Part shown: positions 10,234-19,529 of the stretch, one piece after another
How positions within the stretch are numbered: position 1 is the first letter of the stretch
Layout of the letters: each line of letters starts with the position of its first letter
From: an uncultured PS1 clade bacterium
GTDB lineage: Bacteria; Pseudomonadota; Alphaproteobacteria; MED-G09
Reading direction: 5' to 3'
Length of the DNA: 62,793 nt
Assembly: GCA_902608415.1 (NCBI GenBank)
Contig: CACLNZ010000006.1
Location: 1-62,793 of the forward strand
Position numbers and translations under genes: made by a program
The notes under the pieces: model-generated
The model's input: the letters and a program-made list of their open reading frames with translations, nothing else
Database searches by the model: none
Told to the model about the DNA's origin: nothing

Positions 10234-10644
10234 ATGAGTGATCAAGTAGCGGATAGAATTGCTTTACAAGATGTTATGCTTAGATATGCAGCAGGTGTTG
10301 ATGAGCGCGATTTTGATCTTTATTCTTCATGTTTTATCGAAGATGTCGAGATTTTAGATTTTGGTGAAGAACCTATAAATGGAAGAGATAATTGGGTTGA
10401 ATATGTGAAAGGTGCACTCTCAAATTATGGCCCCACTCAACATATGCTAGGCCCTCAGCTTGCTTCAATTAATGGCGATGACGCCCACTGCAGAACAGAT
10501 GTTCAGGCTTTACATTATCTTAAAGAACCTGAGGGTGAAATACTTACTCTTTGGGCAACATATGAAACAGATATGAAGAGAGTTGATGGAGATTGGAAAA
10601 TATATCGTCATAGATTAGTTTCTAGAGGAATTCGTCAGCAATGA
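10234..10644 (+). CDS. SnoaL-like / NTF2 family protein
   Basis: DRIALQDVMLRYAAGVDERD...TQHML...WKIYRHRL; start moved to ATG 10234 after SD AAGGGG. Confidence 0.8.
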   Translation: MSDQVADRIALQDVMLRYAAGVDERDFDLYSSCFIEDVEILDFGEEPINGRDNWVEYVKGALSNYGPTQHMLGPQLASINGDDAHCRTDVQALHYLKEPEGEILTLWATYETDMKRVDGDWKIYRHRLVSRGIRQQ

Positions 10645-11096
10645 TGTTTTTGAATACAAAAATACCGCCACCAATAGTCACAATATTATTTGCCATTATG
10701 ATTTTCTATTTTTCAGACAATTTTGCATATGTCGACTTACCTTTTAAAATATATATTTCAGTATTTTTTATAATATTAGGTTTTATTGTAACTTTTTCTT
10801 CAGCAAGAAATTTTAAAAAGAAAGATACAACTGTTAATCCTATGAAGCCTAATGAGACCTCTAAATTAGTAACTGATGGTTTTTTTAAGATTACACGTAA
10901 CCCTATGTATTTAGGTATGTTATTGTTTTTATTAGGTTTATCTATTTATAATGGTTTAATTGTAGGTTTAATATTCTTACCTTTATTTGTTGGGTATATT
11001 ACTTATTTTCAAATTATTCCTGAAGAGAATGCCATGCTTGAGATTTTTGGTGAAGAATTCACTTTATATATGAAAAAAGTTAGGCGATGGATTTGA
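10641..11096 (+). CDS. Isoprenylcysteine carboxylmethyltransferase / PEMT family membrane protein
   Basis: TTVNP, LVTDG...TRNPMYLG, QIIPEE, VRRWI. Confidence 0.85.
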   Translation: MMFLNTKIPPPIVTILFAIMIFYFSDNFAYVDLPFKIYISVFFIILGFIVTFSSARNFKKKDTTVNPMKPNETSKLVTDGFFKITRNPMYLGMLLFLLGLSIYNGLIVGLIFLPLFVGYITYFQIIPEENAMLEIFGEEFTLYMKKVRRWI

Positions 11097-11099
11097 TAA

Positions 11100-11987
11100 A
11101 TGGCTGATATAAAACACTTGAAAGCAGATGCATCTCAAGAGGATATTTTGAGTGTCATTGATCAAGATGCGGCATTAATCTTAGATGATATTCTGGATAA
11201 TGATTTATTAAACCAGATTAAAGATGAGCTAGATCCTTATTTAAATAATTATATTAAAGGAAAAACTGAGTTTACTGGTTTTGAGACTAAAAGAGTAGGA
11301 GGCCTATTGGCAAGATCAGTAGGTTGTCAGAATCTAGCTCTTCATCCCCTTATAAATAATCTAGCTTATAATTTCCTTGAACCTTATGGCGATGGCTATC
11401 AACTTCATTTCACTTCTGCTGTCAGCATTGGTCCTGGAGAAACAAAACAAATACTTCATCGAGATAGAGGTATCTGGGGTGGGTATATTCCAAGAAAAAT
11501 AGAGACTCATTTTAGTACAATTTGGGCTTTAACTGATTTCACTAAAGAAAATGGCGCTACTCAAGTTGTTCCAGGCTCACATAAATGGGATAAAGATAGA
11601 GTCCCGAATGAGGATGAAATTGCCTATGCTGAAATGTCTTCTGGCTCAGCATTGCTCTATACTGGGACTGTTCTTCATGGAGGTGGAAAAAATTCAACTG
11701 ATAATGAGATTAGAACTGGAGTTTTTATGCATTATGCCTTGAACTGGTTAAGGCAAGAGGAAAATCAGTATCTATCTCACCCTCCTGAAGTCGCTAAGAA
11801 TTTTTCATCTGAATTAAGATCTCTAATTGGATATTCTAAAGGTGGATATGTTCTCGGTTTTTATACTGATCCTAATGATACTATTGGAGCAATGGACTCA
11901 GTTAGTCCTGAAAGAATCTTTGGAGAAGAAGATGACGATTTCTCATCACTTCCTGCACAAAATGATTTAGTTAAAGGAACTTCATAG
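11100..11987 (+). CDS. Phytanoyl-CoA dioxygenase (PhyH) family Fe(II)/2OG dioxygenase
   Basis: HRD...H facial triad (LHRD, VLHGGG), ALTDFTKENGATQVVPGSHKW, WLRQEENQYLS. Confidence 0.85.
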   Translation: MADIKHLKADASQEDILSVIDQDAALILDDILDNDLLNQIKDELDPYLNNYIKGKTEFTGFETKRVGGLLARSVGCQNLALHPLINNLAYNFLEPYGDGYQLHFTSAVSIGPGETKQILHRDRGIWGGYIPRKIETHFSTIWALTDFTKENGATQVVPGSHKWDKDRVPNEDEIAYAEMSSGSALLYTGTVLHGGGKNSTDNEIRTGVFMHYALNWLRQEENQYLSHPPEVAKNFSSELRSLIGYSKGGYVLGFYTDPNDTIGAMDSVSPERIFGEEDDDFSSLPAQNDLVKGTS

Positions 11988-11996
11988 TAAATCCTA

Positions 11997-12764
11997 ATGA
12001 TAAAAAAATTAGATAATAAGGTAGCTATAATTACTGGCGGAGCTGGAGGAATAGGAAAGGCAACAGCAATAGAATTCTTAAATGAAGGTTCTGATGTATT
12101 GCTTTTTGATTTAAATGAAAACGACTTAAAAAACTTATGCCAAGAAATTAGCTCTAATCACCTTAGCTATTATGCAGGAGATGTAACTTCTTTTGAGGAT
12201 AATTTAAGAGCTGTAGAAATAGCTAAAGAGAAATTTGGTGGTTTAGATATTTTTGTTGCAAATGCTGGTATTGAAGGTGATGTAAAAAATTTAGAAGATT
12301 ATGATATTGAAAAATTTGATCAAGTTATGTCTGTAAATGTGAAAGGGCCTTTTTTAGGTTTAAAGGCATCCATTCCAGCGTTAACTAATAGAGGAGGTGG
12401 AAGCTTTATTATAACTTCTAGTATTGCAGGTTTATCTGGTGCACCACAAATAGGTGCTTATGCAACAAGTAAGCATGCCGTAATTGGTTTGATGAAATCT
12501 GCTGCAAAAGAGTGCGCTGATAAAAATATAAGAGTAAACACAGTTAATCCATCTCCTGTAGAGACAAGAATGATGAGAAGTCTCGAGGAAGGATTGATGC
12601 CAGGTGAGTCTGAGCAAGCAAAAGACCTTATGGAATCAAACATTCCATTAGGTAGATATGGGAAGCCCGAAGACGTAGCCAAAGTAATGCTTTTTCTAGC
12701 AAGTGATGATAGTTCTTTTGTTACTGGATCAGTTTATACCGTTGACGGAGGAAGCACTGCCTAA
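11997..12764 (+). CDS. SDR family NAD(P)-dependent oxidoreductase
   Basis: TGGAGGIG, ANAGIEG, YATSKH, FVTGSVYTVDGG. Confidence 0.9.
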   Translation: MIKKLDNKVAIITGGAGGIGKATAIEFLNEGSDVLLFDLNENDLKNLCQEISSNHLSYYAGDVTSFEDNLRAVEIAKEKFGGLDIFVANAGIEGDVKNLEDYDIEKFDQVMSVNVKGPFLGLKASIPALTNRGGGSFIITSSIAGLSGAPQIGAYATSKHAVIGLMKSAAKECADKNIRVNTVNPSPVETRMMRSLEEGLMPGESEQAKDLMESNIPLGRYGKPEDVAKVMLFLASDDSSFVTGSVYTVDGGSTA

Positions 12765-14179
12765 GGTTTAAAAGGACCTTTTGCAAAATATTTATCCATG
12801 GTTTGATGGTAATGCCTAAGTCTGCTTTCCTGATAATTTGCGTATGTGATTTTACCGGATTTACTTGCCCGAATTCCTCTTTCAACTTCAGGTATATTTC
12901 CCATGTCTTGATCAAATATTAAACCTATACCAGTTAATTCTTCAGCATCATCCCAGTTTTCATCATCGTTTAGATAATGTATTGGGATCGGTTCGTATTT
13001 TTCTTGCTTATCAGGATCTTTGTTATTTCTTTGTAAAAACATAGCCTCCATTATTGCAGAGTCTTCTCTATTCCCGTTTGGTCTAAATCTATAGATAAGG
13101 TTTCTTGGAAAACCACCCCAAGGTGAAAAATTTGGAAATACATTATAAACAATGGCATCAAGCATTTCTGCATCAGATTTATCAGAGTAATCATGTCCAT
13201 CGGCTTCTTCAAAAGCATCTCTCATAGCTTGAGCTGCTACCTTTCTAGCTTCTTCTCCTTCTGGAACAAGTATTTTATCATCTGCAGCCATTCGACCAGA
13301 TCCATAGAAAATGGTATCTAATATTTCTTGTTCATCTACATTTTTAAGATTTGGACTTGGTTTCCCTGTTAAAGCAATATTTCTATTCATATGATCGCCG
13401 TAAATATCATAACGTGCATTTTCATCTGCCTGGAAAGGTAAAATTTCTGGATGAATTAATGTAGCATGAAAAGATTCCATAAATGCTTCTTGAACTGTCT
13501 TCCAGTTACCTGGAACTACTTTTGAAACATGTATAACTTTTTTACAATCACCTAGATTCCATCTTTTATGATGTTCTGGAAGAGGAGCAAGGTATTCTTC
13601 TAGTGAGACAGCTTTATCATCCATATTAATAAATACAAAGCCTTCCCAAATCTCAACCCTAACTTCTGGAAGCTTAAAGTCTCTATCTTTTATGTGCTGA
13701 AAATCCCATGGAGCAGGAGTAAATTTTAATGATCCGTCTAAATGCCAACAAAAACCATGAAAAGGACATTGTAAATCATCACCAAACCCACGTTCAGTTT
13801 TAATTCTTCTACCTCTATGTAAACAGCTATTATAAAAAGCTTGAATTTTATCTTCCTCAGATCTCACAATTAAAAAAGACCAATCGAGTATATCGTAAAC
13901 AAGACTATCGCCAACTTCAGGAATATCCTCTACTCTGCAAGCAAATTGCCATACTCTAGTCCACATGCAGTCTCTTTCTTTTTCAAAAAATTCCTTAGAA
14001 ATATATCTGGAAGTATCTATATCTTCAGAGCCAAGATATTCATAAGTTTCTTCAACCATAAATTCAGGTACTTTTTTTGCATCTTCCATTAAATATTCTG
14101 TATAGCTTGTATCTGGCGATCTTTCGTCACCAGTTTTAACAACTGAAAGATTTTGATTTTCTTTTTTTATTTCACTCAT
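12761..14179 (-). CDS. Rieske non-heme iron oxygenase alpha subunit (#1)
   Basis: Rieske CLH...CPFH; mononuclear Fe site ESFHATLIH; DQD. Confidence 0.9.
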   Translation of the reverse strand: MSEIKKENQNLSVVKTGDERSPDTSYTEYLMEDAKKVPEFMVEETYEYLGSEDIDTSRYISKEFFEKERDCMWTRVWQFACRVEDIPEVGDSLVYDILDWSFLIVRSEEDKIQAFYNSCLHRGRRIKTERGFGDDLQCPFHGFCWHLDGSLKFTPAPWDFQHIKDRDFKLPEVRVEIWEGFVFINMDDKAVSLEEYLAPLPEHHKRWNLGDCKKVIHVSKVVPGNWKTVQEAFMESFHATLIHPEILPFQADENARYDIYGDHMNRNIALTGKPSPNLKNVDEQEILDTIFYGSGRMAADDKILVPEGEEARKVAAQAMRDAFEEADGHDYSDKSDAEMLDAIVYNVFPNFSPWGGFPRNLIYRFRPNGNREDSAIMEAMFLQRNNKDPDKQEKYEPIPIHYLNDDENWDDAEELTGIGLIFDQDMGNIPEVERGIRASKSGKITYANYQESRLRHYHQTMDKYFAKGPFKP

Positions 14180-14353
14180 ATCAACACCATATATAGCATT
14201 TCCTATTTTTTATGTTAATTTTTTATTTTAGCAAGAAAAAATTACATATTTTTAAAATAAGTTATTTACTCAAAAAAAACTGTAATTTCATTATATTTTA
14301 ACCTAGACTATGAATTAATTGAGCTTTGTAATTTATTAATATGGGGATTTTCT

Positions 14354-14752
14354 ATGAGTATTATGGAAGAAAAATTAGCTATAAGAGAGCTTTTAGATCA
14401 ATATTGTGATGGTGTTAATCAAAGAGATGCTAGCATCTGGGGGAGCACATGGTCAAAAAATGCTATCTGGGAAATTCCACATTTAGATATCAAAAATGAA
14501 GGCAAGGAAACAATCGTTAATGTTTGGAATGAAGCCATGAAAGGATATCCATTTGTACATATGATCGCCCAACCTGGTTTTATTAATATTGATGGAGATA
14601 AGGCTTTTATGAGAAGCTACACTATTGAAACAGCAGTTTTACCTGACGGAACTGAATTACGACCTTGTGGTCAATATGATGATGAATGTATTAAAGAAGA
14701 TGGTAAATGGAAATTTTCTAAGAGATCGTTTAGCAATCTTTATGGAGAGTAA
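14354..14752 (+). CDS. SnoaL-like / NTF2 family protein
   Basis: EKLAIRELLDQYCDGVNQRD...GQYDDECIKEDGKWKFSKR. Confidence 0.8.
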   Translation: MSIMEEKLAIRELLDQYCDGVNQRDASIWGSTWSKNAIWEIPHLDIKNEGKETIVNVWNEAMKGYPFVHMIAQPGFINIDGDKAFMRSYTIETAVLPDGTELRPCGQYDDECIKEDGKWKFSKRSFSNLYGE

Positions 14753-14758
14753 ATAATA

Positions 14759-16123
14759 ATGAATAAAATTATACCTACGCCAAGAGATAAGCATCCCGAT
14801 CCTAAACTTAGAGGAGATAAGATTTCAGGTGAAAGATATTATTCAAAAGAATTTATGCAAAAAGAATGGGATCATATGTGGGCAAAGGTATGGCAAATTG
14901 CGGGGATTGCATCTGAAATACCAGAACCAGATGATTTTTTTGTTTATAAGATTGGTTTGGAAGAAATTTTAGTAGTTCGACAGAAAGACACCTCTATAAA
15001 AGCTTTTTATAATGTTTGTCCCCATAGGGGAAATATATTGGTTCATGTTGAAAATGGATCATTAGATACATTTAAATGCACTTATCATGGATGGGAGTAT
15101 GATACTGAAGGAATTTTAAGGAATCTTCAAGATCCCGAGGATTTTGATGATGGCAATCCTTGTGGAAAAATCAAATTAAAAGAAATTCATTGCGAAGTCG
15201 CTCTTGGCTTTGTTTGGGTTACTCTTGCTGAAAATCCTCAGAAATTTGAAGAAGCTCTTAACCCTTTAATCAGTCATATGAGCCCTTATCAGCCTGAAAA
15301 ATATATAAGAGTTTTAAATCTGACTTGCGAAGTTGATTGTAACTGGAAAATAATTCACGATAATTTTAATGAGTCATATCATTTACCAACATTACATCCT
15401 GAGCTATCAGTTCATATCGAAAATGATTATAAATTTTCGCAATTTGATATGTATGATAATGGCCACAATAGAATGCTTATGCCTGGTCATAAACCAGCAT
15501 TAGGTGATCAATCACCAAATGAGGTTAATTTCCCCCTTGATGCTGCATTAGAGGCTTGGGATCTCAATCCTGAAGATTTTAAAGGAAAAGCTCAAGAAAC
15601 GAGGCTAGCTATACAGGGCCAAAAGAGGAAATTAGCCAAAGATAGAGGTTTTTGGCATTATGAATTTTTAACTGATGAACAATTAACTGATTATTATTTT
15701 TATAATTGTTTTCCTAATTATGATATCACTATGACCCCTGATGGGATTCAGTTTCAAAGACCACAACCACATCCGACAGATCCAGAAAAGTGTCTTTTTG
15801 AGCATTGGTGGCTTGTTCCAGATATGGAGCAACTATCAGCCTCAGCAACTTTTATGGGATCAGATACAACTGAAAATACTGCTGGAGAGAATATGACCGA
15901 GACACCTCTTGGGCCAAGACCATTAAGACCTGCTGAGCATGAATGGGTAATATATCCAGAAGGCTCGATGGGTTATGTTACTGATCAAGATATTAGTATG
16001 GCCATAGGTCAACAAAAAGGTGTCAAGTCAAAGGGTTTTGCTGATGCAATTTTAACCAATCAAGAAAGAAGAGTTAGAAGGTATCATGAGGTATTAAATG
16101 ATTATATTGAAGGAAGAAGATAA
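14759..16123 (+). CDS. Rieske non-heme iron oxygenase alpha subunit (#2)
   Basis: CPH...CTYH; DNFNESYHLPTLH; DQD; QERRVRRYH. Confidence 0.9.
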   Translation: MNKIIPTPRDKHPDPKLRGDKISGERYYSKEFMQKEWDHMWAKVWQIAGIASEIPEPDDFFVYKIGLEEILVVRQKDTSIKAFYNVCPHRGNILVHVENGSLDTFKCTYHGWEYDTEGILRNLQDPEDFDDGNPCGKIKLKEIHCEVALGFVWVTLAENPQKFEEALNPLISHMSPYQPEKYIRVLNLTCEVDCNWKIIHDNFNESYHLPTLHPELSVHIENDYKFSQFDMYDNGHNRMLMPGHKPALGDQSPNEVNFPLDAALEAWDLNPEDFKGKAQETRLAIQGQKRKLAKDRGFWHYEFLTDEQLTDYYFYNCFPNYDITMTPDGIQFQRPQPHPTDPEKCLFEHWWLVPDMEQLSASATFMGSDTTENTAGENMTETPLGPRPLRPAEHEWVIYPEGSMGYVTDQDISMAIGQQKGVKSKGFADAILTNQERRVRRYHEVLNDYIEGRR

Positions 16124-16130
16124 GGTTTAA

Positions 16131-17105
16131 TTAATATAATTCAATTATTATCCCAGGTTCAACTGTGTAAAAATTAATATTTGTTTCAGAGACTATTTTC
16201 TTTAACCGTTCCTTAGGCTCTAAAACTGGTTCATCAGTTAATATAAAAGTTCCCCAATGCATTCCGATACTTTTTTTAGCATCAAGATCTATTGATATAT
16301 TCAATGCTTCCTCTGGAGTAACATGAGAATAACTCATAAACCATTCAGGATCATATGCACCAATAGGTATCATTGCAAAATCTACTGGCCCAAGTTTATT
16401 TTTTATTTCAACAAAGTCTTCTGAATAACCTGTATCACCAGCATGGAAAATATTCTTATTATCGTTTTCAATGAACCAGCTTCCCCATAAACTTTTATTT
16501 CTATCTCTGAGACCCCTTGCTGACCAATGTTGCGCTGGAGTAAATGTAAATTTTGTATTGCTTATTGTTTTATCTTCCCACCATAAAAATTCGTATCCAT
16601 TAATAAGCTGATAGTTTTTTAATAACTTTAAATCACCCTTTGGGACTAAAATTTTAACATTAGGAAATCTCTTTTGTATTTTTCTTAAACTATTTACATC
16701 AAGATGATCATAATGATTATGACTAATTGTAATAACATCAATTTTTGGTAAATCTTTAATATCGATTGCAGGCTTGATTAGTCTTTTTGGTCCAGCAAAA
16801 GATAATGGAGAAGCTCTATCCGAGAATATAGGATCGAATAAAATTGTAATATCGCCATTATTAATTAGAAATGTCGAATGACCAATCCATAAAGCATAAA
16901 ATTTACGGTTCTCAAAAAATTCAGAACTTATAATTTCATTTGTTTGAATGAACTCTTTTTTTGGTTCTTCTCTACTCCAGCTCCATTTTAGAACTTCACT
17001 AAGACTTTTTTCATTCTTCTTGCCATCAGAATTTGAAAATCTATCTTGTGAAAAAGATATTGAAGTAGAAAATAGAATTATAAAAAAAATTAATAGTAAT
17101 CTCAT
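16131..17105 (-). CDS. MBL-fold hydrolase, NAPE-PLD/RomA-like, with signal peptide
   Basis: WIGHST, SHNHYDHLD, PAQHWSAR, AGDTGY, PIGAY, MHWGTF. Confidence 0.85.
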   Translation of the reverse strand: MRLLLIFFIILFSTSISFSQDRFSNSDGKKNEKSLSEVLKWSWSREEPKKEFIQTNEIISSEFFENRKFYALWIGHSTFLINNGDITILFDPIFSDRASPLSFAGPKRLIKPAIDIKDLPKIDVITISHNHYDHLDVNSLRKIQKRFPNVKILVPKGDLKLLKNYQLINGYEFLWWEDKTISNTKFTFTPAQHWSARGLRDRNKSLWGSWFIENDNKNIFHAGDTGYSEDFVEIKNKLGPVDFAMIPIGAYDPEWFMSYSHVTPEEALNISIDLDAKKSIGMHWGTFILTDEPVLEPKERLKKIVSETNINFYTVEPGIIIELY

Positions 17106-17164
17106 GCAAATTATATAGTCTTAAATAGTTATGTTTTCAAATAATGATTTTAAGGAATAAATAA

Positions 17165-17626
17165 ATGAGCGTTGAAGAAAATAAAGAATTAATTGAAAAA
17201 TGGTACATTGCTTTAGAGCAAGGTGATTTTGAAGCGATATATAATATGCATCACGATAATGTTGTTTATAATATGCTTGGAAATACACCTGTTTCAGGAC
17301 GTATTTATGGAAAAGAAGCCTGTTGCAATGGAATGATAGGTGAAAAGCTTTTGGAAAAACTTGTAAATGATAAAGTTCAATTTTCAAAAAAATGGAAAAT
17401 AATTGCCGCTGAAAATGACAGAGTGGTTGGTATGATGCAGGGTGGAGGGCCAACAAAGAATGGTGAGATGTATGAACAAACTTACTGCGAAATTTTTACT
17501 ATCAAAGATAACAAGATAATTGAGCTGCATGCTTTTTTTGATACTGTGTTAGTTGAAAGATGTCTTTTTGATAACGATCTAACTAATCCTAAAAGTTTAG
17601 TTGATGATCCATTTAGAATAAATTAG
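17165..17626 (+). CDS. SnoaL-like / NTF2 (ketosteroid isomerase-like) protein
   Basis: EENKELIEKWY...GD, AENDRVV, YEQTYCEIFTIKDNKIIE...FDT. Confidence 0.8.
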   Translation: MSVEENKELIEKWYIALEQGDFEAIYNMHHDNVVYNMLGNTPVSGRIYGKEACCNGMIGEKLLEKLVNDKVQFSKKWKIIAAENDRVVGMMQGGGPTKNGEMYEQTYCEIFTIKDNKIIELHAFFDTVLVERCLFDNDLTNPKSLVDDPFRIN

Positions 17627-17642
17627 TAAATTGGAGAGAGAT

Positions 17643-18845
17643 ATGGAAAAAATATACGATATTATTATTTGGGGAGCGAGTGGTTTTACTGGAAGATTAG
17701 CAGTTGATTATATTTATAAAAATCAGAATAACAGCAATTTAACATGGGCTGTGGCAGGTAGAAACGAGTCAAAGATTAAAGAAATACTTGATGGAAAAAA
17801 TGTACCAATTCTTATTGCAGATAGTCATGATAAGGAATCCTTGGTTGATTTAGTTAAGAAAACAAAGGTGATTTTAACAACTGTTGGTCCATATGCGAGA
17901 TACGGATCTGAGCTTGTAGAAGTATGTGCTGAGAATGGAACTCATTATTGTGATCTGACTGGTGAAGTGCATTGGATGAGACACATGATCACTAAATACC
18001 AAAATACTGCAAAAGAAAGTGGGGCAAAAATTGTTCATACTTGCGGTTTTGACAGTATTCCATCAGATATAGGAGTTTATTTTCTTCAAAAAAATATGCG
18101 TGAATTACATGGCGTCAATGCGAAACAAATAAAATATAGAACAAGAGGATTCTCAGGAGGTGCTAGCGGAGGAACTGTTGATAGCCTTATGTCAATGATG
18201 GAGCAAGCCAAAAAAGATTCTTCTATTCTTAAAATTATTGCAAACCCTTACGCACTTAATGATAGAGAAAAAGGTCTAGATGGTCCGGATAAAATGTCAC
18301 CATATTTTGACAAAGATTTTGATGCTTGGGTTGGCCCTTTTATTATGGCAGGAATTAATACTAGAGTAGTTAGAAGAACAAATGAATTACTCAACAATAT
18401 TTATGGTGATGATTTTGAATATAATGAAGGTAGCATTACTGGCAAAGGGCCAAAAGGTTTTATTGGTGCAACAACATCTGGAATGGTGACCGGAGGAATG
18501 GCAGGAATGGCTGCATTTTCTCCAACGCGATCAATCTTGAAAAGTTTTTTACCTAAACCAGGTGAAGGGCCTTCTGAAGAAACAATGGAAAATGGTTTTT
18601 TTGAAATCGAATTATTAGGCATTCATCCAACTAATAGAGATAAAGATATGCGGGTTTGGATTCATGGCGATAAAGATCCAGGATATAAATCTACTGCTAA
18701 AATGATATCAGAGAGCGCTATGGCTCTAGCCCAAGATGATTTAAGTGTTGGCGGTGGTTTTTGGACACCTGCTTCTGCAATGGGTGATACACTTATTAAT
18801 CGCTTACCAAATGCGGGGGTTACTTTTAAAGTAATGGATAGTTAA
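17643..18845 (+). CDS. Saccharopine dehydrogenase-like / trans-acting enoyl reductase family oxidoreductase
   Basis: GASGFTG, AGRN, TVGPYARYG, HYCDLTGE, CGFDSIPSDIG, DPGY..TAKM. Confidence 0.85.
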   Translation: MEKIYDIIIWGASGFTGRLAVDYIYKNQNNSNLTWAVAGRNESKIKEILDGKNVPILIADSHDKESLVDLVKKTKVILTTVGPYARYGSELVEVCAENGTHYCDLTGEVHWMRHMITKYQNTAKESGAKIVHTCGFDSIPSDIGVYFLQKNMRELHGVNAKQIKYRTRGFSGGASGGTVDSLMSMMEQAKKDSSILKIIANPYALNDREKGLDGPDKMSPYFDKDFDAWVGPFIMAGINTRVVRRTNELLNNIYGDDFEYNEGSITGKGPKGFIGATTSGMVTGGMAGMAAFSPTRSILKSFLPKPGEGPSEETMENGFFEIELLGIHPTNRDKDMRVWIHGDKDPGYKSTAKMISESAMALAQDDLSVGGGFWTPASAMGDTLINRLPNAGVTFKVMDS

Positions 18846-18856
18846 GGAGAATATTG

Positions 18857-19210
18857 ATGATAAAAGTTATTATGCCTATGAGAAGAAAAGAAGGTATGAC
18901 AATCGATGAATTTCGAGAATACTATGAAACTAAACACAGAATAATTGGTGAGAAATATCTAACAGGATACGCTACAAAATATATAAGGCGCTTTACCAAC
19001 CCTTTACCCGATAGATCAGGAAAGACATATGACCCAGATTTTGATGTATTAATGGAAATATGGTATCCGGATATGGAAACATTTGAAAAATGTGCCGAAA
19101 ATCTTCAAAAACCTGAAATTAAACAAGAAATAAATGATGATGAAGAGCAATTATTCGATTTGTCATTAATGAGAACCTATATAGTTGAAGAGCATGAGTC
19201 TCAAATATAA
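18857..19210 (+). CDS. EthD domain protein
   Basis: RRKEGMTIDEFREYYE..H, DFDVLMEIWY, DEEQLFD. Confidence 0.75.
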   Translation: MIKVIMPMRRKEGMTIDEFREYYETKHRIIGEKYLTGYATKYIRRFTNPLPDRSGKTYDPDFDVLMEIWYPDMETFEKCAENLQKPEIKQEINDDEEQLFDLSLMRTYIVEEHESQI

Positions 19211-19217
19211 TTTTCAT

Positions 19218-19246
19218 TTGAAAAATATTCTAAGAATCAATAAAAT
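19218..19246 (+). promoter_or_regulatory. Sigma70-type promoter TTGAAA-N17-TAAAAT, predicted TSS at the ATG of the 19253 microprotein
   Basis: -35 at 19218-19223, 17-nt spacer containing GAATC, -10 at 19241-19246, ATG 6 nt later. Confidence 0.55.
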
Positions 19247-19252
19247 AAACTT

Positions 19253-19405
19253 ATGAATAAATCAGACCGCTTAGTAAGATCAGAAAGAGCAAGAAAAAGA
19301 AGAAGTTATATTAAATCCATTATCATTAAAAGAACTCAGAATATTTATTCTAATCTTCATAGGTTAAAAATTAAAAAACAAAAAATAAAAATTAAATTAG
19401 CTTAA
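19253..19405 (+). CDS. Unannotated 50-aa highly basic microprotein (MNKSDRLVRSERARKRRSYIKSIIIKRTQNIYSNLHRLKIKKQKIKIKLA)
   Basis: Translated by hand; below the ORF-track size cutoff; fills an otherwise about 320-nt gap; promoter directly upstream. Confidence 0.55.
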   Translation: MNKSDRLVRSERARKRRSYIKSIIIKRTQNIYSNLHRLKIKKQKIKIKLA

Positions 19406-19433
19406 TAAAACATTTAAGAATTCTAATAAAAAG

Positions 19434-19442
19434 TTATCCACA
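19434..19442 (+). promoter_or_regulatory. Perfect DnaA box TTATCCACA (single copy)
   Basis: Exact match to the consensus in intergenic DNA. Confidence 0.35.
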
Positions 19443-19488
19443 TAAAATTAAAAAAAAATATCGCATAAATTGAAAATATCTTATTAGA

Positions 19489-19503
19489 TAAGAATCGTTC
19501 TCA
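19489..19503. promoter_or_regulatory. Fur/Irr-like imperfect palindrome TAAGAATCGTTCTCA
   Basis: 12/14 match to the TGAGAAT-N-ATTCTCA 7-1-7 pattern; contains the AGAA-N3-TTCT core of the Irr ICE box. Confidence 0.4.
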
Positions 19504-19529
19504 GTTTTAAAATTAATAAGGAGGGTAAT

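Noticed and set aside
17121-17456. 111-aa minus-strand ORF
   Set aside because: Antisense to the NTF2 gene; atypical composition
19434-19442. Possible replication origin at the DnaA box
   Set aside because: Only one box is visible and there are no oriC-associated genes; kept only as a possible regulatory site
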